Shown here: in pieces, positions 57,954 to 64,000 of the stretch
How the letters are laid out: every line of letters begins with the position of its first letter
Numbering within the stretch: the stretch's first letter is position 1
Sequence record: PV764938.1
Strand: one strand, 5' to 3'
Length of the DNA stretch: 64,000 bases
Notes under the pieces: generated by a model
The model's input: only the letters and a program-made list of their open reading frames with translations
Databases searched by the model: none
What the model was told of the DNA's origin: nothing
Program-made: the position numbers and the translations under genes

Positions 57954-59522
57954 ATGGACTTTCTGCGTAACAAGAACTTGATCAAACTGGTCGGCCACTT
58001 CGAGAAGATGGGTTATCAAATCCGTGTCGTTGGTGGTGCTGTTCGTGATGCTCTGCAGAAACTCCCCTGCAAGGATATCGATCTCTGCACTGACGCCGAT
58101 CCCAACGAAATGATGGAACTGGCCGAGAAATTCTCGCTGCATGTGGTTCCAACAGGCCTGCAACACGGCACCGTAACGTTCGTGATCAACGGCGAGCCCT
58201 TCGAAGTGACAACCCTGCGTGTGGACGTCGAGACAGATGGTCGGCACGCACAGGTCGAATACACTCGCAGCTTCACAAAGGACGCTTTCCGCCGTGACCT
58301 GACCATCAACGCGATGTCGATGGACATGAACGGCAACGTCTACGACTATTTCTGTGGTCGCGAAGACCTGCGTAAGAATCGTGTTCGGTTTGTCGGTGAG
58401 GCACGCGATCGTGTCCGTGAGGATTACCTGCGTGTTCTGCGTTGGTTCCGCTTTGCAGCACGGATGAAGCAGTTTCCCGAGTATAGGACAATTGAATCCG
58501 AACTGCGCCTGTTCGGCGAAGCTGACACACTGAATGGTCTGGCCAATATCAGCGGTGAACGTATCTGGTCCGAACTGAAGAAGATCTTGGTCGCTCCGAA
58601 TGGTCGCAAGGCTATCGAGTATATGATGTCCACACACGTCTTCAACAGCATCTCGACGGACAAGGCCAAGTTCCGTTCGCAGGGCATTGGGGCGTTTTCG
58701 GTTCAGATCCTGATCGAAGCCTACAACGCACAGAACGACTACAGTGATGACTTCGCCGATATGAAGGAAGCGATGGTCATGGCAAGCCTGGCTGTGCTGG
58801 TCGGTGTGCATCAGGCAGATCAAGTCATCGAACGCTTGAAGTTCTCCACCAAGGAACGCAAGTATTTCGAGTTTATGGTTCGTTGGATCGAACTGGCCGT
58901 GTTCCAGAAGAAGTCACTGGGCCAGCTGGAGTCTTGGTTCTATTTCAGGACTTCTGAAGGCGCTGATCCACAATTGCTGATGGCTGCGGTCAAGATCGCA
59001 GAAATCAACGCGCGGATGGATGGTTCGATTCTGAAGAACATCATGACCGACGATGGTAAAGTGAAATTCAGCCAAGACCAGGCACCGTTCCCAGTTTCCG
59101 GAAAGGATTTGGCAGAACGTGGCGTTAGACCGGGACCCGCAATGGGTCACCTGCTGAAGGCCATGCGCTTGGATTGGGCTTTGCAACCGCATCCCGCTGT
59201 AGCTACGAAAAAGATGCTGCTGGATAACGTTCTGGGCCAGTTCTCGGATCCTTCTGAAATCTATGCGATGAAGGTTCCGGTGGTTAAGGTCGACGAGTTC
59301 TTTCAGGATCACCTGGACTACATGGTGCATCACGATATGACCGGTGAGACCGTAAAAGTGTTGAATCTGATGCAGGATCTGTTCGAAGCAGAGTCTGAGT
59401 TCCACTATGTGGATTTCGACATGGACCCAGACGGTGACCAACACTTCCTGGCTTTCTTCAAGAGCAAGGATTCTGCAATGATTGCAAAGCTGCGGGAGGG
59501 TGCATTTGCCTCTGCCCGATGA
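57954..59522 (+). CDS. cca: class II tRNA nucleotidyltransferase (CCA-adding enzyme) with C-terminal extension
   Basis: VGGAVRD, DIDL, RRDLTINAM, EDYLRVLRWFRFA, SGERIWSEL. Confidence 0.88.
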   Translation: MDFLRNKNLIKLVGHFEKMGYQIRVVGGAVRDALQKLPCKDIDLCTDADPNEMMELAEKFSLHVVPTGLQHGTVTFVINGEPFEVTTLRVDVETDGRHAQVEYTRSFTKDAFRRDLTINAMSMDMNGNVYDYFCGREDLRKNRVRFVGEARDRVREDYLRVLRWFRFAARMKQFPEYRTIESELRLFGEADTLNGLANISGERIWSELKKILVAPNGRKAIEYMMSTHVFNSISTDKAKFRSQGIGAFSVQILIEAYNAQNDYSDDFADMKEAMVMASLAVLVGVHQADQVIERLKFSTKERKYFEFMVRWIELAVFQKKSLGQLESWFYFRTSEGADPQLLMAAVKIAEINARMDGSILKNIMTDDGKVKFSQDQAPFPVSGKDLAERGVRPGPAMGHLLKAMRLDWALQPHPAVATKKMLLDNVLGQFSDPSEIYAMKVPVVKVDEFFQDHLDYMVHHDMTGETVKVLNLMQDLFEAESEFHYVDFDMDPDGDQHFLAFFKSKDSAMIAKLREGAFASAR

Positions 59523-59763
59523 AGGATCCTGGCTCGGCCGGATTGAAGTCCCTGAAGGTCGTGATGATATCATTACCATTACGACCTACTTCGACCGAAC
59601 CGATGGCTACTATACGCGCAAGAAAATTGCGACATCCAAAGCCGTGCTGGATTGGTGTGCCGAAAACAATATCGCGATAAACGATCTGTTTCCGTTGTTC
59701 CCGCGCACCCTGTATTTCAAAACGACACAGGATGCTATGCTGTTCAAGTTGAGGTGGCTATGA
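59506..59763 (+). CDS. F-x4-DA-x-LFKL family protein
   Basis: LYFKTTQDAMLFKLRWL; probable TTG start after GGAGG. Confidence 0.7.
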   Translation: MPLPDEGSWLGRIEVPEGRDDIITITTYFDRTDGYYTRKKIATSKAVLDWCAENNIAINDLFPLFPRTLYFKTTQDAMLFKLRWL

Positions 59764-60101
59764 CTCTCGTTTACGTGGGTAAAGACGACGGAGATTCCCA
59801 TGTTATCCGTATCGAGTCAACTGCTTTGATGAACCGCCTCTATATGTGGAATCAAATCAAGTTGGGCACAATGGATGGATTCAATCGAATCTGGCCATGG
59901 GATCCTGCGTTTCGAATGCACCGGTGGATTCAGCCGGAATTCAAGGAGTGGCTGGAAAAGCACGCGACTACCGACGAGGGAATGCCGCTGTATTCGATAC
60001 GCTGGCGCGAATGTGAAGTCGCCGGATACTTCCGCAAGTATCTTCACATTCATTTCTATCGTGAGCGGAGCGCGGCAATATTCAGGTTGACCTACTCATG
60101 A
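59760..60101 (+). CDS. F-x4-DA-x-LFKL family protein
   Basis: IHFYRERSAAIFRLTYS; ATGA overlap. Confidence 0.7.
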   Translation: MTLVYVGKDDGDSHVIRIESTALMNRLYMWNQIKLGTMDGFNRIWPWDPAFRMHRWIQPEFKEWLEKHATTDEGMPLYSIRWRECEVAGYFRKYLHIHFYRERSAAIFRLTYS

Positions 60102-60349
60102 TCCAATATGTACTCGAGGACGAAGAGAAACGCGATGGTCTAGTTGATGAGGACTGGGGTATCGTTGACATCAAGTGCTATGGTGGTTCGCCCGTCGAGA
60201 TCAACGGAACACGCTGGAATCTCAAACAAGAGGTTGAAGACTGGCTTGAATCCGATATTATCGGCCAGTACGAGTATGAAGTAGAGTCAAGCGTCCTCAA
60301 GTTCAAATCACCCGATGACGCGATGTTGTTCAAGTTGACCTGGTTATGA
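60098..60349 (+). CDS. F-x4-DA-x-LFKL family protein
   Basis: LKFKSPDDAMLFKLTWL; ATGA overlap. Confidence 0.75.
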   Translation: MIQYVLEDEEKRDGLVDEDWGIVDIKCYGGSPVEINGTRWNLKQEVEDWLESDIIGQYEYEVESSVLKFKSPDDAMLFKLTWL

Positions 60350-60678
60350 GAGTATTCTCCAACGCGCACCAAGCTATTATGCGGCTTGGTGGTGACGAAA
60401 TCGACAAGGTGCTAAATGTTGACTGGGATTCCGTCAACAGCATCACGACTTGGAAATTGGTCCAGCGTGCGCGGCAAATGGAGACGATCCTATCGGCTAC
60501 CGATTTCAAACCCGACGTGAAGACATGGCTCGAAACAAGCCTCGGCCCATATGGTGACCAATACCATTTGAATTGGAAAGCCGTCGCAAGCAATGCAAAT
60601 TGGGACATTAAAGTCACCTGCGACTTGCATTTCGAGAATACCAAATACGCGGCACTCTTTAGGTTAACCTGGCTATGA
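60346..60678 (+). CDS. F-x4-DA-x-LFKL family protein
   Basis: LHFENTKYAALFRLTWL; ATGA overlap. Confidence 0.75.
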   Translation: MRVFSNAHQAIMRLGGDEIDKVLNVDWDSVNSITTWKLVQRARQMETILSATDFKPDVKTWLETSLGPYGDQYHLNWKAVASNANWDIKVTCDLHFENTKYAALFRLTWL

Positions 60679-60992
60679 TTGCAATCCCATTGGAAACTGT
60701 CGACCAGATGGAGAAGCTATTCAAATTGGATGAATGGCGAGAGCAGGTGGGCCGTGCATTGTTGTTCAGCGGATTATCAGAGATGAAGATCCTAGCGACG
60801 ATGGAAGCCTTGGATCTTACTGATACTGCTCGCGATTTCCTCTACGAGCATGATCTCTATTATCCGAGACAATTTCGGTTCGAGTGGGAATGCACTGAAA
60901 TCCAAGCAGAACCAGAAAATCGGTTCGACGTCCGGGGCAAATTCTTCTTACCCGAGGAATATGCGGTTTTGTTCAAACTGGCTATTCTGTGA
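60675..60992 (+). CDS. F-x4-DA-x-LFKL family protein
   Basis: FFLPEEYAVLFKLAIL; ATGA overlap. Confidence 0.7.
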   Translation: MIAIPLETVDQMEKLFKLDEWREQVGRALLFSGLSEMKILATMEALDLTDTARDFLYEHDLYYPRQFRFEWECTEIQAEPENRFDVRGKFFLPEEYAVLFKLAIL

Positions 60993-61042
60993 GTTGACAT
61001 TCCTGATTCCTATGTTAGTATGCGACTAACAAAGGATAGGTT

Positions 61043-61558
61043 ATGACAAAGTTTTTTCATGCAGAGCTGAACGCTCACAAAGGCTTAGGCATCGACATTG
61101 ATGAAACGCTCATCAATGGCCCGGGCAGCTATTTCCTGCAGGAATGGGTTCAAGAGTATCACAGCCAGCTTGAGCTGCATCTGATCACGTTCCGCACCGG
61201 CAAGTGGCTCGATCAACTCGCCGACGACGTTTATCGTTGGGGTATCGAACCCCATATGTTCCAGGGCATTCACAGCGTTCCAATCGAAACTGCAGGTCCG
61301 TTCTGGGACCTCGTAAACGCGATCGGCGACAAACGTGCGAAGAATTTCCATCGTCCCAAATGGGAACGTGGTCTTGCCCATCACAAGGTCACCGAAGAAC
61401 AGTACGACGCGATGGAACTAAACCTTGCGCTGTGGAAGGGCTCCAAGTGCAAAGAGCTTGGCCTTACGGCGCTTGTCGATGACTTGGAGCATTGGGTTGT
61501 CCCCGGTTGTAACGCGCACGGCGTTACGTGGATCAACTCGCTTACGCTGCGTCCTTAG
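61043..61558 (+). CDS. HAD-superfamily phosphatase
   Basis: GIDIDETL (DxDxT), LITFR, K and LVDD motifs; early promoter at 60994. Confidence 0.75.
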   Translation: MTKFFHAELNAHKGLGIDIDETLINGPGSYFLQEWVQEYHSQLELHLITFRTGKWLDQLADDVYRWGIEPHMFQGIHSVPIETAGPFWDLVNAIGDKRAKNFHRPKWERGLAHHKVTEEQYDAMELNLALWKGSKCKELGLTALVDDLEHWVVPGCNAHGVTWINSLTLRP

Positions 61559-61877
61559 GCGGCCGATAATCAACCGGGAGGATCTCATCGGGATTCACCC
61601 GGCAAAGCCCGCACATTCCGCCATCTTCATCGCGGCTTGCATTTTCGATGGCCATCTTTAGCTCAATCAGCATAGTGGTCATCGCAGCATTTACGTTAGC
61701 TGCAATTTGCGAGGCCATCATTTGGCCCGCATTCCGCATGATATCTTCGATGTTATTGCTGCCGTATCCGGATCCACTGTAATAGGTTGTAGGAACCCAC
61801 GAACGGTAGGTCAGTTGTTGGACTTTGTCCATGAGAATGTCCGCGTCTACTACTTTCTTTTTAGCCACAATAGCCAA
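61542..61877 (-). CDS. hypothetical protein
   Basis: TTG start with GGAG; ends convergently. Confidence 0.55.
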   Translation of the reverse strand: MAIVAKKKVVDADILMDKVQQLTYRSWVPTTYYSGSGYGSNNIEDIMRNAGQMMASQIAANVNAAMTTMLIELKMAIENASRDEDGGMCGLCRVNPDEILPVDYRPPKDAA

Positions 61878-62209
61878 GCTCCGCCGTCATTTTGTTTCTT
61901 AATTTTTCGGACTCTGGGATGCAACGAGGCCCATGTCTCAAACTCCTGAGATATCTGGCCACTCTTTCCCGTAATGTGCTGGACTTTCTTAATCCCTAAA
62001 TAGAATGCTTGTTCAAGATGATCACTGCTCGCTTCATAAGCTTGTTGAATCGTGTAGTTGTGAAGATCCAATACAGGCGAAAACGATATATCCTGAACCT
62101 GAGGACGAGTCGCGCGAGTTGGCAACGGAATACTTTCAGATAGGTTGAGCTTCACCCCTTTGGTGAAGTCGTCCCAAAGCTTCCTCTCTGTATCCGTAAG
62201 CTCACGCAT
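61850..62209 (-). CDS. Smr-domain endonuclease (SmrA/SmrB-like)
   Basis: N-terminal MRELTDTERKLW, LDLH, ITGK, DGGAWLLWL. Confidence 0.85.
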   Translation of the reverse strand: MRELTDTERKLWDDFTKGVKLNLSESIPLPTRATRPQVQDISFSPVLDLHNYTIQQAYEASSDHLEQAFYLGIKKVQHITGKSGQISQEFETWASLHPRVRKIKKQNDGGAWLLWLKRK

Positions 62210-62297
62210 TTCTATTTTGACTCTACTTGTCTGAACCAGCTATATTTTGACTTAACAGGACACGACGTTGTCTGTCAATTTTTACAGGAGAAATCTT

Positions 62298-62741
62298 ATG
62301 TACGTTTCCACCAAGACCTATGGCCACGATATCGGACTGAGCTGTGCTTTTCGTCAATGGCGCGCCGAATCGCATTGCCGATTCATTCACGGCTACGCGC
62401 TGAAGGTCCACCTGGAATTTGAAGCTGACGAACTGGACGCCCGTAACTGGGTTGTTGATTTCGGTTCGCTCAAGAGCTTCAAGAAGATGCTTGAAGACAC
62501 TTTCGACCACAAGCTATTGGTGGCCGAGGATGATCCGGAGCTTGAAACACTTATGGACCTTCATGCAAAGGGTCTGGCTGATGTTGTAGTTCTTCCGAAG
62601 GCTGGCTGTGAGGCTTTTGCCGAATACGTCTTTGGTGCTGCTGAGACGTGGCTACAGTCGAATGGATACACTCCGCGCGTTCGTATGCGCCGCGTGGAAG
62701 TTTCCGAACACGGCGCAAACTCTGCGCAATTTGTTGCTTAA
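62298..62741 (+). CDS. queD: 6-carboxy-5,6,7,8-tetrahydropterin synthase (QueD/PTPS)
   Basis: HCRFIHGY, VDFGSLK, FDHK, VSEHGAN; AGGAG RBS before ATG 62298. Confidence 0.9.
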   Translation: MYVSTKTYGHDIGLSCAFRQWRAESHCRFIHGYALKVHLEFEADELDARNWVVDFGSLKSFKKMLEDTFDHKLLVAEDDPELETLMDLHAKGLADVVVLPKAGCEAFAEYVFGAAETWLQSNGYTPRVRMRRVEVSEHGANSAQFVA

Positions 62742-63388
62742 TTTCGGTCTTCGACTTCAGCAACCTGGTCCGCAAACATTAGCTTGAGGACCAGGACTTC
62801 GTTTAGCTTGTCCACGTAAACGAATGTATCTCGGACAACACCTTCCGGATGTCTTTCATCCACGCTATTCGAATATTTCTTGCAGACTAACTTGTGATGA
62901 ACGCCGAGCTCAGTTAGGGCTTTGGCGTTCTCATCGTCTGTGCCCCAGTTACGGTTGCGCATTTTCACACGGAAACGGAACTCTCCGTAGAACTTACCCT
63001 TATCGTTGTTTTGACGTGGCAAAGGCTTGCCCCAGTGCGCGGGATTTGTCTGACGCACACTGTTGACGAAGAAACGGCTGTTGTGGGTCTCAATCCAACG
63101 CAAAACCGCGGGATCGTTCCCGTAGACGTAGAAGTCGTAGGTTGCCTTCACACTGACAAGGTGCGCACCCAATGGATCCAGCGCATCATGAAGAACCTGC
63201 TTGAGTTCATCAAAGTGATGCCACGATTCCAAGCTTGGACTCAGCGCGACACGGAACGCATACTTGGCGAAGAACTTGGGCCTATGGAGCATTTCAGACG
63301 CCTCGGCATCCAAGATTGCGTTGTCAACAAGACGCGCAATTGCTCGCTCCATTCTCTGCTCATAAGTCCACGCCATGGCATGCTCCAA
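62738..63388 (-). CDS. hypothetical protein, divergent F-x4-DA-x-LFKL family
   Basis: VYVDKLNEVLVLKLMF near C-terminus. Confidence 0.65.
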   Translation of the reverse strand: MEHAMAWTYEQRMERAIARLVDNAILDAEASEMLHRPKFFAKYAFRVALSPSLESWHHFDELKQVLHDALDPLGAHLVSVKATYDFYVYGNDPAVLRWIETHNSRFFVNSVRQTNPAHWGKPLPRQNNDKGKFYGEFRFRVKMRNRNWGTDDENAKALTELGVHHKLVCKKYSNSVDERHPEGVVRDTFVYVDKLNEVLVLKLMFADQVAEVEDRN

Positions 63389-63503
63389 AAATAAGGTCGT
63401 GCCATATTTAACACAAATCGTTTATTGACACAACTGGGTGATTTTTGGTTGACACGACCATTTCCTGCTTTATGTAGGACACAATAATCGAAAGGATTCG
63501 TTA

Positions 63504-64000
63504 ATGAATAGCCAGGGGTTTAGGGTTTCACATCACGGTGACCAGGCACAAATGCAGGTGGATCGTGAAAAGCGCCTGGATGCCTTCCAAGATATGTCGC
63601 TCAAGTTCATCAAGGATGTGAAGTTCCTGCATGGCGGCGACATGGCTAAGGCCGTGATTGAGTCCCTTTCCGAAACGCTTGGAAAGCAGTGGTCTTCGCG
63701 TATCATCTTCGACATGATCGCACGCAACGATGAGGTTCCCGCTTACGTTCGGGTTACGCTCCGTGTGAATGCACAGAATGGCGCGGCTCCACAAAAGATT
63801 CCGCTCATCAAGGGTTTCCGTTGGCTCACCGGTACCGGTCTGAAGGAAGCCAAGGATGCTATTGAGGCCCTCATGTCTCGCGTCGAGCTTTGGGAGCTTG
63901 AGCTGGCCAAGCTTAACCGTTATCCAAACTATCGCGAAGCCCCGTATATCCAGATCGAAGTCCGCCAGGACACTTACGACGAGGCTGCGAAAGAATACAC
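63504..64000 (+). CDS. protein with ribosomal bL12 (L7/L12) C-terminal-like domain, truncated by window end
   Basis: Hand translation open to end; KIPLIKGFRWLTGTGLKEAKDAIE matches bL12 KI.VIK.VR..TGLGLKEAK..VE. Confidence 0.8.
   Translation, partial: MNSQGFRVSHHGDQAQMQVDREKRLDAFQDMSLKFIKDVKFLHGGDMAKAVIESLSETLGKQWSSRIIFDMIARNDEVPAYVRVTLRVNAQNGAAPQKIPLIKGFRWLTGTGLKEAKDAIEALMSRVELWELELAKLNRYPNYREAPYIQIEVRQDTYDEAAKEY

Noticed and set aside
1-64000. CRISPR array, canonical tRNA genes, integrase/transposase, reverse transcriptase or DGR
   Set aside because: No regularly spaced direct repeats, cloverleaf T-loop signatures or RT/recombinase motifs were seen; a tRNAscan run would be needed to exclude atypical tRNAs
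1-64000. Stop-codon reassignment
   Set aside because: Long genes are intact in code 11 and TAA, TAG and TGA all end coupled ORFs

Overview
A 64-kb slice of a large T4-like (jumbo-type) myophage genome in standard genetic code. The host is most likely an alphaproteobacterium (Rhizobiaceae), judged from the permuted tmRNA and the Smr protein. It holds replication/recombination genes (UvsY, UvsW, gp62-like, a 191-aa mini-DnaE, primase, helicase, PD-(D/E)XK exonuclease), a TGT/DpdA-like transglycosylase plus QueD, a late block of probable head-internal proteins, tail fibre/PAAR genes and three giant CSPG/cadherin-repeat proteins. Accessory content includes a YqiJ-flotillin-XpaC-TelA envelope-stress module, a PAS-only sensor coupled to a small membrane protein, and translation/RNA-repair genes (tmRNA, CCA-adding enzyme, Smr, bL12-like domain, RNA-ligase-like and Pol-beta-like NTases). 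The most unusual signal is the tmRNA locus: its intervening segment is 410 nt and contains a central antisense copy of both acceptor-stem strands (20/20 and 20/21 bp inverted repeats) that closes two structured RNA domains. Next most notable is a family of about 15 small paralogues ending in F-x4-DA-x-LFKL, clustered beside the tmRNA and CCA genes. All protein calls come from motif recognition by eye; no database searches were run.
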